Below are positions 38,165 to 47,769 of a DNA stretch of 64,000 nt, in pieces. A program made the position numbers and the translations under genes. The DNA comes from Candidatus Crickella caballi (GTDB lineage: Bacteria; Bacillota; Clostridia; Peptostreptococcales; Anaerovoracaceae), in the NCBI GenBank assembly GCA_018064665.1, contig JAGHUV010000028.1, forward strand, positions 1,004 to 65,003, written 5' to 3'. The notes under the pieces were generated by a model. The model did no database searches. It was given only the letters and a program-made list of their open reading frames with translations, and was not told the DNA's origin. The number at the start of each line of letters is the position of its first letter. Positions within the stretch are counted from its first letter, which is position 1.

Positions 38165-38596
38165 ATGATCGGACGACAGGTAATATTGACTAACAGAGGG
38201 TTTACACTGGATGAACTGTTGCAATTCATGAACGAAAACTGGAATACTGAAACACATTGCAAGTTCATAAAAGGTAGACCAACACCTGCATCAATTGAGG
38301 AATATATTCTTCTTCCGGCAACACCGAATTACATGGTGATCGCATATCCAAGAAAAGCAGGAGGCATTTTTAACAAGGAAAACAAGGTGGTGCTGTCTGT
38401 ATGTGATACTCCGGAGGGTGTTAAGACGCAGATCATTCAGAGCATTCCGTCCGGAAATGCTTTTTTCGGGGCTCTCAAGATAGGAATCATACAATCCAAA
38501 GAGAAAGAACGTAAGGGCCCGGCAGAAGAAGTTCTGCAGTACTATACAGAATATATGAAAACACTGCTTGAAAAAGCAGGATATGTTTCTGAATAA
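38165..38596 (+). CDS. Hypothetical protein
   Basis: 143-aa ORF with strong RBS GGAGAGGAGGAAG upstream, divergent from the HTH gene. Confidence 0.55.
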   Translation: MIGRQVILTNRGFTLDELLQFMNENWNTETHCKFIKGRPTPASIEEYILLPATPNYMVIAYPRKAGGIFNKENKVVLSVCDTPEGVKTQIIQSIPSGNAFFGALKIGIIQSKEKERKGPAEEVLQYYTEYMKTLLEKAGYVSE

Positions 38597-38613
38597 ACTG
38601 GAGGGAAGAACTT

Positions 38614-39147
38614 ATGAAAAAGAATAAATGTGTTATAGCTTTTATGATTGCTCTGATTTGCGTTCTGTGTTTTACCTCATGCGGAGGATCTCAGGAAATC
38701 AGCTTTCAGGGCTTTAAAATGAATATTCCGTCTGCATGGAAGGCAGATAAAGTGACTCTTTCTGAGGAGTATGCGATATATGAGAAGCTAAATGCAAAGG
38801 GTCATGACTACAGACTGCTTTTGAACGATACCTATGGCCTTTTGCCAAAATGCAGTGAGGGAATGAAAGAAGCCGGAGCTTTTTTCAAAGAGGTGACGGA
38901 AGACGATGCAAGCTATTCGGACGTTTCGGAACCTGTAGCAGGAAAATTTGCAGGGAAATATGACATGCATGTTCTGACCTGCAAGTATCATGCAATCAAT
39001 CCTATGGAAGAGAGCGGTGAATCAGTATACCCTTGCAAGCTGGTGAGGATCTACATGGGAGATCATGATGTGGAAATCGAGTTCTGTGCGGCAGAAGGTG
39101 ATTTTGAAAGCTTCGATGAGGCGATACAAACAGCAGTGTGTGAGTAG
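38614..39147 (+). CDS. Hypothetical lipoprotein
   Basis: Signal peptide with lipobox VLCFTSC-GG. RBS GGAGGGAAG. 177 aa. Confidence 0.65.
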   Translation: MKKNKCVIAFMIALICVLCFTSCGGSQEISFQGFKMNIPSAWKADKVTLSEEYAIYEKLNAKGHDYRLLLNDTYGLLPKCSEGMKEAGAFFKEVTEDDASYSDVSEPVAGKFAGKYDMHVLTCKYHAINPMEESGESVYPCKLVRIYMGDHDVEIEFCAAEGDFESFDEAIQTAVCE

Positions 39148-39293
39148 CCGCGTGTTTTACTGCTGAATGCCAGCAGCAATTATTCGCTATTATTATATTG
39201 CGCCTTATTAAGCGGTTTTATATAATGACGATGTAGTATATTTGTTCAGTGATCGATACCGCTTTAATATGTTAATAGTAGGGAGGCATCAAA

Positions 39294-40046
39294 ATGTTAC
39301 ACGCGTTTACAAGAAACTATAATGATCTTAGCTCTGATGCAGGTTTTCAGTTTGAATTTCATTGTGACTGCTGCGGCAATGGTTATAAATCAACCTTCAA
39401 GGAGTCGTCAACATATGATCAGCGCCAGAGACTAAATGATATCGGAAGAAAAGCTGAAGCACTAAATAACATACTGGGCGGAAAGCTCGGAGGCGTTGGC
39501 TGGAATGTATCACGCGGTGCGGATGCAATCAGAAACAGAATGGAATCCAGAGGTCCTGAATGGAGAAAAGAGCAGGAAGTGGCTTTTGACGAGGCGCAGG
39601 AAGAGGTCAGACCGTATTTCCGTAAATGCCCGTCTTGTAATAAGTGGGTCTGTGAGGATTGCTGGAATGGTGATGAGAATTTGTGCATCAGCTGTGCTCC
39701 TCGTGAGAGCTCATATGTTGCAAAAGCACGCAATGAGGCCATGAGACGTGAAATCAATGTTGCAGTTGAGAATTCAAATGTATGGCATGGCACACTTGAG
39801 AAAAGAACGACAGTATGTCCTAGCTGCGGACAGCCTGCAGGAGACGGAAGCTTCTGCGCGCACTGCGGAGCTTCTCTCAAGTCTAAGGTGTGCCCGAATT
39901 GCGGAGCGCCACTTGCTGAAGATGCTAAATTCTGTACAAAATGCGGTGCCGGAATAGAGGCAGTAAAGACCGACGTTTGTCCTAATTGCGGCAAGCAGAA
40001 TGATCCGGGCAGTTCCTTCTGCTCCGGCTGTGGAACAAAGTTATAA
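39294..40046 (+). CDS. Zinc-ribbon protein (Cys-rich N-terminal domain + three tandem C-terminal zinc ribbons)
   Basis: HCDCCGN and CPSCNKWVCEDC...CISC in the first 150 aa. Three CPxCG-x7-9-FCxxCG units at about nt 39815-40043. Confidence 0.75.
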   Translation: MLHAFTRNYNDLSSDAGFQFEFHCDCCGNGYKSTFKESSTYDQRQRLNDIGRKAEALNNILGGKLGGVGWNVSRGADAIRNRMESRGPEWRKEQEVAFDEAQEEVRPYFRKCPSCNKWVCEDCWNGDENLCISCAPRESSYVAKARNEAMRREINVAVENSNVWHGTLEKRTTVCPSCGQPAGDGSFCAHCGASLKSKVCPNCGAPLAEDAKFCTKCGAGIEAVKTDVCPNCGKQNDPGSSFCSGCGTKL

Positions 40047-40109
40047 TGTGATTATTGAGAGGCGAGGGGCTTTGCTCCTCGCTTTCTATATGAAACGAGG
40101 AGGCTGATT

Positions 40110-40598
40110 ATGGAAAACAAATTTTTGCAGTTAGTTAAAGAGAATGGCGGATTTGAGTATGTATTGGGCTTCATTAACAATGTAGATCACTTCATCGGCG
40201 GAGTAGATGACAAGCTGTGGTATTTCATTGATGATGGGAAAAAACAGGAATGCTGGATGGCATTATATGAGGGAGAAACATGGAAGGACGATCACTACGT
40301 AATAAAAGGAGAGGATGTATCCAAGGAAGAGATCGAGCCTGGAACAACAATAGATATGATCATTGAAAAGGCATACTTCTATCAGAAAGAAATCGAGGAA
40401 AGCGGCAGAAAGCCTGCCATGTCAGAGATAAGAAGCTATCCGATACGGCACTATGTATATTCATTCGGTGAAAGAGCCTACGATATTTCAGATGATTATG
40501 GAGTTACAGTATGCTATTCAAACATAAATGATGAGTCAGTGGGATTCAGAGTAAGAGATATTAGGATCGGATCAAGTGTTGCTGCTCCGAATCTTTAA
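40110..40598 (+). CDS. Hypothetical protein
   Basis: 162-aa acidic ORF, RBS GAGGAGG. No recognisable motif. Confidence 0.55.
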   Translation: MENKFLQLVKENGGFEYVLGFINNVDHFIGGVDDKLWYFIDDGKKQECWMALYEGETWKDDHYVIKGEDVSKEEIEPGTTIDMIIEKAYFYQKEIEESGRKPAMSEIRSYPIRHYVYSFGERAYDISDDYGVTVCYSNINDESVGFRVRDIRIGSSVAAPNL

Positions 40599-40645
40599 TA
40601 AAGAAGCCCGGAAATAAAGTCTGAGGCGATCGGTGTATATTATGC

Positions 40646-40678
40646 AAAAAGCCCTGCGGTAACAAATGCAGGGCTTTA
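40646..40678. terminator. Bidirectional terminator between convergent genes
   Basis: AAAGCCCTGC ... GCAGGGCTTT stem flanked by an A-run and a T-run. Confidence 0.7.
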
Positions 40679-40731
40679 AGTATATTTCTGTTATTTTCTG
40701 ATTATCTGATACATACAGGGATGAAGCTGTC

Positions 40732-42120
40732 TTAGACCATTTTCTTAGGATCTACGCATATATCATATTCCTCTTCACTTATATATCCTGTAGACAGAGC
40801 GGCTTCCTTCAAGCTCATATTATTTCTGTCTGCTATCTGTGCTATCTCAGCAGCTTTCTCATATCCTATTACAGGGCTCAACGCCGTAACGAGCATCAGC
40901 GAGCGTTCAAGATGAGCCGTCATGCTGGATTCGTTTGCTGTAATTCCTTCAACGCACCTCTTTCTCAATGACTCGATTGACTCAGAAAGGAGACGAACGG
41001 ACTGAAGGAAGTTATATGCAATAACAGGGAGGAAAACATTCAGCTCGAAATTTCCCTGTGATGCCGCAACGCCGATTGCTGCATCGTTTCCCATTACCTG
41101 AACGGCCACCATCGTTGCCTGCTCACATTGTGTAGGGTTGACCTTGCCCGGCATGATTGAAGAACCCGGCTCGTTGGCAGGAATTTTTATCTCTCCGAGA
41201 CCGCATCTTGGTCCTGATGCCAGCCAGCGAATATCGTTGGCCATCTTCATAATATCAGCAGCAAGTGCCTTCAGCGCACCATGAGCATATACGAATTCAT
41301 TTCTTGATGACAGTGCGTGAAACTTGTTTGCTGCAGAAACGAATTTAATACCTGTGCTTTTGCTGATTTCCTCGGCTACAAGGTCTCCGAAACCATCAGG
41401 TGAATTCAGACCGGTACCGACTGCTGTGCCACCGATTGCGAGGCTGCATAGCGGCTCGAGTGCATTTTCGATGTGAGCTCTGTCGATCTCTATATTGTTT
41501 CTCCAGCCTGATAATTCCTGTGAGAAGCTGATAGGAACTGCATCCTGCAGATGTGTTCTTCCACACTTCACTACACCTTCATTCCTGACTTCAAGCTCCT
41601 TCAGGGTGCTGATCATTGAATCGATAGCAGGAATCAGACGTTCCCTGATCGAAAGTACTGCTGCAATATTCATTGCGCTTGGGAAGGTGTCATTGGATGA
41701 TTGGGACATATTTACATCATCATTAGGATGAAGAAGCTTTTCACCTGCGATTTCATTGCCTCTGTTTGCGATGACTTCGTTACAGTTCATATTGGTCTGT
41801 GTGCCTGAACCTGTCTGCCATACTACAAGAGGGAAGTGCTCATACAGCTTGCCAGCAGCAACCTCATCTGCGGCGCTGACGATGAGTGACACTTTGCTCT
41901 CGGTCATTTTCTGAGGGCGAAGTTTGCTGTTTGCTTTGGCACATGCGGACTTGAGGATTCCGAAGGAACGGATGATCTCTTCAGGCATCTGCTCGCGTCC
42001 TTTTCCGATAGGGAAGTTCTGAACCGACCTCTGAGTCTGAGCAGCCCAGTACTTATCTGCAGGAACTTCTACTGTTCCGAGTGAATCATGTTCTGTTCTT
42101 GTATTCATAGTTTGCCTCAT
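40732..42120 (-). CDS. fumC: Class II fumarate hydratase
   Basis: WQTGSGTQTNMN and GSSIMPGKVNPTQCE signatures, 462 aa. Confidence 0.92.
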   Translation of the reverse strand: MRQTMNTRTEHDSLGTVEVPADKYWAAQTQRSVQNFPIGKGREQMPEEIIRSFGILKSACAKANSKLRPQKMTESKVSLIVSAADEVAAGKLYEHFPLVVWQTGSGTQTNMNCNEVIANRGNEIAGEKLLHPNDDVNMSQSSNDTFPSAMNIAAVLSIRERLIPAIDSMISTLKELEVRNEGVVKCGRTHLQDAVPISFSQELSGWRNNIEIDRAHIENALEPLCSLAIGGTAVGTGLNSPDGFGDLVAEEISKSTGIKFVSAANKFHALSSRNEFVYAHGALKALAADIMKMANDIRWLASGPRCGLGEIKIPANEPGSSIMPGKVNPTQCEQATMVAVQVMGNDAAIGVAASQGNFELNVFLPVIAYNFLQSVRLLSESIESLRKRCVEGITANESSMTAHLERSLMLVTALSPVIGYEKAAEIAQIADRNNMSLKEAALSTGYISEEEYDICVDPKKMV

Positions 42121-42141
42121 TTATATGTGTAATTACGAATG

Positions 42142-43314
42142 CTATTTCCTTATTACGCCGGTCTTTACAGCAGCTGCAGCAACAGCAGAGGAGACAGCAT
42201 CTACAACTCTACCGTCGAAGGCAGATGGAATGATGTTGTCATAGGAGAGCTCGTCGTCGGAAATGATCGATGAAAGAGCGAGAGCTGCGGCCATTTTCAT
42301 TTCGTGGTTGATCTCATATGCACCTACATCGAACACGCCTCTGAATATTCCCGGGAAAGCGAGAACGTTATTGATCTGGTTAGGGTAATCGCTTCTTCCG
42401 GTACATACTATCTTGGCACCTGCTTCGAGAGCCAGCTCAGGCATGATTTCAGGAGTAGGATTTGCGCAGGCAAAGACAATGCTGTCTGCGTTCATGCTTC
42501 TTACCATATCCTGAGATACGATTCCCGGTGCCGAAGTCCCGATAAATACGTCTGCATCTACCAGTGCATCGGCGAGGCTTCCTGTGAGCGCACGAGGATT
42601 GGTGATTTTGGCCATGTCCGCTTTGACAGGATTAAGATCATCGCGTCCTTCGTGTATGATGCCTTTTCTGTCGCACAGGATTATATCTTTGAATCCATAA
42701 GAAAGAAGAAGCTTCGTTATTGGTATTCCGGCAGCGCCGGCACCGGATACTACAACACGTGTTGTTTCAGGCTTGCGGCCGGTAAGCTTGAGCGCATTGA
42801 TAAGACCTGCAAGAACTATTACAGCAGTACCGTGCTGATCATCGTGGAAAATAGGGATATCACATCTCTCCTTGAGCTTAGCTTCGATCTCAAAGCAGCG
42901 GGGTGCTGATATGTCCTCGAGATTGATGCCGCCAAAGGAACGGGAAATGTTGTATACTGTATCAACAAACTCGTCAACATCCTGCGTACTGACGCAAATA
43001 GGGAATGCGTTTACATTTGCAAATTTCTTGAAGAGCACACATTTGCCCTCCATTACAGGCATGCTTGCTATGTCACCGATGTTTCCGAGTCCAAGAACAG
43101 CCGAGCCATCAGTGATAACAGCGCATAAGTTATTGCGCATTGTATAATCATAGCTCTTTGAAGGGTCGTCCTTGATCTCGAGACATGGTGCAGCAACACC
43201 CGGGGTGTATGCTATCGAGAGGTCGTCGCTGTTTTCCAGCTTGGCTTTTGATACGGTTTCGAGCTTTCCCTTCCATTCAGAATGTTTCTTTATCGCTTCT
43301 GCATAATAATCCAT
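42142..43314 (-). CDS. NAD(P)-dependent malic enzyme
   Basis: LSIAYTPGVA, VITDGSAVLGLGNIG, FHDDQHGTA, GAGAAG motifs. The likely start is MDYYAEAI at 43314 (ORF track 43377). Confidence 0.9.
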   Translation of the reverse strand: MDYYAEAIKKHSEWKGKLETVSKAKLENSDDLSIAYTPGVAAPCLEIKDDPSKSYDYTMRNNLCAVITDGSAVLGLGNIGDIASMPVMEGKCVLFKKFANVNAFPICVSTQDVDEFVDTVYNISRSFGGINLEDISAPRCFEIEAKLKERCDIPIFHDDQHGTAVIVLAGLINALKLTGRKPETTRVVVSGAGAAGIPITKLLLSYGFKDIILCDRKGIIHEGRDDLNPVKADMAKITNPRALTGSLADALVDADVFIGTSAPGIVSQDMVRSMNADSIVFACANPTPEIMPELALEAGAKIVCTGRSDYPNQINNVLAFPGIFRGVFDVGAYEINHEMKMAAALALSSIISDDELSYDNIIPSAFDGRVVDAVSSAVAAAAVKTGVIRK

Positions 43315-43507
43315 TTGATGAACCTTCTTCCTTAGATTAGTATTTAGATTAGTATTTTTGTAAAACACACCAACCATTATAACAAAAAGCCTGTATCCGA
43401 TGAACTTATTTTTAATATATGGATAAATGTAAATGCAGGTTGAGGGCCATTTGAACTGAGAAGACAGCTAACAGCACTTTGCTGTTTGTGCTATACTGTT
43501 AATTGCT

Positions 43508-44644
43508 ATGAAGAGAATCAAACAATTTATTAAGAAGGATATAGTAACGCTTGTGTCATTCACTCTGGCGGTGATCTCGATGATTATTGTCAGACCGGAT
43601 GCGGAATATGCAGGATATATCCACTGGTCGACCTTGAGCATTCTTATGTCGCTCATGGTGATAATGTCGGGTCTGAGAGAGCTTGGCATTTTTAAATACC
43701 TGGGCAGGCGTTTGCTGATGCATCGCAATCACGCCAGAAGCGTGATGCTGATCCTTGTAGGCCTGTGTTTTTTCTTTGCACCTTTTATCACTAATGATGT
43801 GGCACTGATAACCTTTGTTCCATTTACGATCTTTGTTCTGGAATATGCGGGTTTCAGGAAATATATCATACCTACACTGTCACTGCAGACGATCGCAGCA
43901 CACATGGGCAGCATGATATCTCCGATCGGAAATCCGCATAATATATATTTATACGGACTTATGTCAGAGGCGGGGCAGACCAATGCGCCTGGATTTATCA
44001 GGATGATGCTGCCGTTCTTTATCGCGGGCGGCATACTTCTCACCGGCTTCGTATTTGTTATTGCACGAAGGAATGAGGCGATAATAAAACGCAAATTCGA
44101 CCAGCCGATGCATTTCGATGGCAGGACAGTTGAGCTTCTGGTGATGTATACACTGCTTTTCGCATTGAGCCTGCTGCCTGTATTCGGTGTAGTAAAGTGC
44201 TATTTCATACTTCCGGCAGTGCTTCTTGTAGTTCTTGTCTTTGACAGGAAAACCCTGCTGCGTACCAACTACAGTCTTCTGTTTACATTTGTGTTCCTGT
44301 TCATAGTTGTAGGAAATCTGGGAAGAATCGATGCAATAAACAATGCACTTACAGGAATCGTTTCAGGAAATGAACTTATAGTTTCTGTGCTTGCAAGTCA
44401 GGTGATATCCAATGCGCCTGCTTCTATACTGTTATCGGGATTCTCGGACAAGTATTTTCTCCTGGCACTTGGCACAGACCTTGGAGGCCTCGGAACATTG
44501 ATTGCAGCCATGGCCAACCTGATATCCTTCAAGGGCTATTCAGAAATGAAGGATGCAAATGCAGGAAAATATATTTTGCAGTTTACCGTTATCAACGTGC
44601 TTTTCCTGGCAGTGATGCTGGTGTTTGCAATGCTGATACTTTAA
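43508..44644 (+). CDS. ArsB/NhaD-superfamily anion permease (citrate/dicarboxylate transporter-like)
   Basis: 378 aa, about 10 hydrophobic helices, divergent from the malic enzyme-fumC pair. The substrate is an inference from context. Confidence 0.65.
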   Translation: MKRIKQFIKKDIVTLVSFTLAVISMIIVRPDAEYAGYIHWSTLSILMSLMVIMSGLRELGIFKYLGRRLLMHRNHARSVMLILVGLCFFFAPFITNDVALITFVPFTIFVLEYAGFRKYIIPTLSLQTIAAHMGSMISPIGNPHNIYLYGLMSEAGQTNAPGFIRMMLPFFIAGGILLTGFVFVIARRNEAIIKRKFDQPMHFDGRTVELLVMYTLLFALSLLPVFGVVKCYFILPAVLLVVLVFDRKTLLRTNYSLLFTFVFLFIVVGNLGRIDAINNALTGIVSGNELIVSVLASQVISNAPASILLSGFSDKYFLLALGTDLGGLGTLIAAMANLISFKGYSEMKDANAGKYILQFTVINVLFLAVMLVFAMLIL

Positions 44645-44694
44645 AGGAGAGCGGTTGACCGCAAGAAGCGGCTGGTATGAAAGGATTGATAAGC

Positions 44695-45150
44695 ATGGAA
44701 AATACAATGAGTAGGGCAGATCAGGTAGAGGAGCTTTTCAGAAAGGGATACAACTGCAGTCAGTCGGTGTTTGCGGCATTTGCAGATATAATCGGGATGA
44801 CAGTGGAAGAAGCGGCACAGATTGCAAGTCCGTTCGGTGCGGGATTTGGCAAAATGAGAGAGGTGTGCGGTGCGGCCAGTGGAATGACATTGCTTGCAGG
44901 ATATCTCAGAGGCTATTCAGCGCCGGATGCTGCTCAAGAGAAAAAGGAACTCTATGCACTTATTCAGAAAATGTGTGCGGAATTCAGGGACAAAGAAGGA
45001 AGCCTTATCTGTCGAGAACTTCTGAATCTGAAGCCCGGGGAGGACCTGGCGGAGCCTGCGGCAAGAACGGAGGAATATTATAGATCAAGACCGTGCGTTC
45101 AGGCGTGCAGGGTGGCGGCGGATATAGCCGAAAAGTATCTTTGCATTTAA
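44695..45150 (+). CDS. C_GCAxxG_C_C family protein
   Basis: YNCSQSVF, FGAGFG..VCGAASG and C-terminal RPCVQAC cysteine pattern. The start is uncertain (44677/44695/44707). Confidence 0.8.
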   Translation: MENTMSRADQVEELFRKGYNCSQSVFAAFADIIGMTVEEAAQIASPFGAGFGKMREVCGAASGMTLLAGYLRGYSAPDAAQEKKELYALIQKMCAEFRDKEGSLICRELLNLKPGEDLAEPAARTEEYYRSRPCVQACRVAADIAEKYLCI

Positions 45151-45235
45151 GAAGAGCAACTGTAAATAATATGGTAAAAAAAGGTATGTAAAGAACACTT
45201 TACATACCTTGAATACTGTCTGCCTGTTTACAGCT

Positions 45236-45706
45236 TTATTCCAGTCCCGGAAAGCCAAGCTGACGAAGAGCTTCGAACAGGATTATATTAGCGGAATTGG
45301 ACAGGTTGAAGGATCTTAGACGTGTATCTGCGCTCATCGGAATGCGTATAGCAGTTTCGTTGTGTTCTGCTATAAAATCCCTAGGGAGGCCTGCGGTTTC
45401 GCGACCGAAGAGTATCATATCTTCGTCTTGAAACTTTGCGTCGGTGTAGTATCGGCCGCCCTTGGTCGTCGCCAGCCATAACCTGCGATCACCATACTTA
45501 TTCATAAAGTCGTCAAGGCTTTCATGAACCTCGAGCTTGACATAAGGCCAGTAGTCGAGGCCGGCACGCCTGAGACTTTTCTCATCGAGGCTGAAGCCGA
45601 GTGGCTTTACCAGATGAAGCACGCTGTCTGTTGCGGCAGCTGTTCTTGCGATATTTCCTGTATTAGGTGGGATTTCCGGCTCCACCAGCACGATATGTAA
45701 TGCCAT
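45236..45706 (-). CDS. trmL: tRNA (cytidine/uridine-34 2'-O)-methyltransferase TrmL (SpoU/TrmH family)
   Basis: IVLVEPEIPPNTGNIART, LFGRETAGLP, SLNLSN-like FNLSNSA knot motifs. 156 aa. Confidence 0.9.
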   Translation of the reverse strand: MALHIVLVEPEIPPNTGNIARTAAATDSVLHLVKPLGFSLDEKSLRRAGLDYWPYVKLEVHESLDDFMNKYGDRRLWLATTKGGRYYTDAKFQDEDMILFGRETAGLPRDFIAEHNETAIRIPMSADTRLRSFNLSNSANIILFEALRQLGFPGLE

Positions 45707-45910
45707 GATCTGTCTCCGTTGGGTTCTGATGTATTTGACATCATTGTATCACAAAGAGGCGCAGATAATGTATAATCCATTGCGGCTGTTGATTTTACAA
45801 GAGATACAGTAGGAGCAACTGCATATTCAACATTATTGGATAAAGGAATAAAGTAACGATAATAATAGAAATAGAAGATATTTCGAAATCATATAATTTT
45901 AAGAGTTTGT

Positions 45911-46208
45911 ATGAAAAATAAAGAACTTACAACCTGGGAAGCGGCTTGTATTATTACCGGCTACGGTGTCGGCGGCGTTGTGCTCTGCGGCTCATCTGAT
46001 TCTCCAGTTCTCGGAATACGGAACCCTCGAAGCCGGAAAGGCGGCTGATTTCTTTACGGCAAAACGGGATTTTGCCGGACTGAAAGCTGAAGAGGTCGTT
46101 GACTTTAGACCGACTTGCACATACTATAAGGGTAATAGATATTGTAAGAAAAAGGGCAGTATTCTTGAGCTTGCGGGAATGATGCTTCGCAGACCTGAGA
46201 AGATATAA
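45911..46208 (+). pseudogene. Gene remnant: a transporter-like N-terminal stub joined out of frame to an amidohydrolase C-terminal fragment
   Basis: Frame 2 from ATG 45911 reads MKNKELTTWEAACIITGYGVGG and stops after 45 codons. Frame 3 (45966-46208) reads GTLEAGKAADFFTAKRDF...VVDF..TYYKGNRY, which resembles the extreme C-terminus of amidohydrolase-fold enzymes. No intact gene fits. Confidence 0.55.
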
Positions 46209-46276
46209 AACGTAGAGAATTCTTTGCATACAAACTGCTCAAATAATGTAAAGTTAACTTTACATAAGGGGGAGCT

Positions 46277-47302
46277 ATGAGATACGCAATTTACGGTGCG
46301 GGGTCACTCGGAACAGTACTTGGTGCATATATTACCAAGTCGGGAACTCCGATTGAACTCATCAACAGAAACAAGGCACACACTACCGCACTCAAGGAGA
46401 AGGGTGCTCACATCAAGGGCACAGTTGATTTCGAGGTAAAGGTAGATGCCAAACTTCCTGATGAGATGTCAGGAAAGTACGATGTCATCTTCCTGATGAC
46501 CAAGCAGCTTTATAATGTTGAGGTCGTTACGATGCTCAAGGAATTCCTTAGCGACAAGGGTGTTATCGTGACACTTCAGAACGGAATTCCTGAACCCGGA
46601 ATTGCTGAAATCGTAGGTAACGAGCACACCATCGGATGTGTAGTAGAGTGGGGCGCAACAATGGACGAGCCGGGAACAAGCATCCTGACATCGGATCCTG
46701 ATTCGCTGTCCTTCCACATGGGCAAGATGCCGGGAGTACCTGATGAGATGTTTGAGCTTACCAGGGAACTGCTGGAGAAGATGTGCCCTGTTGATATCGA
46801 GGAAAACCTCATCGGAGCACGCTGGTCAAAGCTTCTTATCAATGCAACCTTCTCCGGAATCGGTACATGTGTAGGCGGAGTTTTCGGCGACGTGTCCGAA
46901 AGAGCCGAAGCAAAGCAGGTTGCAATACGTTGCATGAAGGAGTGCATAGACGTAGGTCATGCGGCAGGCGCTGTTTTCGCACCTGTTCAGGGCAAAGACA
47001 TCACCAAGCTTTTCTACTATAAGACTCCTGTTAAGAGAGCTCTTGGCATAGCGCTTCTTCCTATCGCTATGAAGAAGCACAGAATGATTGAACCTTCAAT
47101 GCTTCAGGATCTCAGAAAGGGTAAGCCTTGCGAGGTTGATGCGATTAACGGAGTCGTATGTGAATGGGGAAGAAAATGCGGAGTTCCTACACCTGTTAAC
47201 GACAAAATTGTTGAAGTTATTAAAATGGAACAGGATGGAATCCTCGGACGCGGCTATGAAAATATTCATCAGTTCGACTACATCGTTAAGACTGTAAAAT
47301 AA
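46277..47302 (+). CDS. Ketopantoate reductase (PanE/ApbA) family oxidoreductase
   Basis: N-terminal Rossmann IYGAGSLGTVLGAY, KLLINA motif in the C-terminal domain. 341 aa. Confidence 0.8.
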   Translation: MRYAIYGAGSLGTVLGAYITKSGTPIELINRNKAHTTALKEKGAHIKGTVDFEVKVDAKLPDEMSGKYDVIFLMTKQLYNVEVVTMLKEFLSDKGVIVTLQNGIPEPGIAEIVGNEHTIGCVVEWGATMDEPGTSILTSDPDSLSFHMGKMPGVPDEMFELTRELLEKMCPVDIEENLIGARWSKLLINATFSGIGTCVGGVFGDVSERAEAKQVAIRCMKECIDVGHAAGAVFAPVQGKDITKLFYYKTPVKRALGIALLPIAMKKHRMIEPSMLQDLRKGKPCEVDAINGVVCEWGRKCGVPTPVNDKIVEVIKMEQDGILGRGYENIHQFDYIVKTVK

Positions 47303-47382
47303 AAACAGCTGAAAAATACAGTCTTTGTCTCCAAAATTCTGTGGACACAGGCAAACGGCTAAACAGCAAAGGATAACGACAG

Positions 47383-47414
47383 AAGAGGTACACGTCAATT
47401 TGTACCTCTTTTTT
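47383..47414 (+). terminator. Rho-independent terminator
   Basis: AAGAGGTACA-N8-TGTACCTCTT followed by TTTT. Confidence 0.85.
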
Positions 47415-47505
47415 AATATTTCTATATACACTTATATTGGCAGATGGTAAAATTACCACGGCAGATATCCATGTGAATCTGACCTCACAACAAGGAGAAA
47501 ATAAA

Positions 47506-47769
47506 ATGAAAAAGCTCACTAAGCAGGAAAAACACGACCAGTGTATGCGTGAGATCAAGGGTACACTCGCAGTAGTATTGCTGTGCTGTGTATGGCATAT
47601 TGCCACAGCCTTTATTCTCAACGGCACGGGTCTATATTTTTTGGGTATGCCGGCATGGTTCAGTGTCTCTGTTTTCGGCACAATCGTAATTGCGCTGGTC
47701 GGCGTTCGCATCCTCCTGAAGAAAGTCTTCATTGACTTTGAATACGATGATGAGGAGGAAGCAAAATGA
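47506..47769 (+). CDS. yhdT: YhdT-family small membrane protein (DUF997)
   Basis: 88 aa, two hydrophobic helices, acidic tail. It overlaps and precedes a sodium/solute symporter, as in E. coli yhdT-panF. RBS AAGGAGAA. Confidence 0.7.
   Translation: MKKLTKQEKHDQCMREIKGTLAVVLLCCVWHIATAFILNGTGLYFLGMPAWFSVSVFGTIVIALVGVRILLKKVFIDFEYDDEEEAK

Noticed and set aside
39419-39994. 191-aa minus-strand ORF inside the zinc-ribbon gene
   Set aside because: It is generated by the GC-rich, repetitive Cys-Pro-x-Cys-Gly codons of the sense gene. The sense frame has an RBS and coherent zinc-ribbon motifs.
36392-40731. tRNA-Cys-integrated genomic island with att repeats
   Set aside because: I could not find a copy of the tRNA-Cys 3' end near 40600-40730, and there is no integrase. 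I report the region only as an uncharacterised islet, not as a mobile element.
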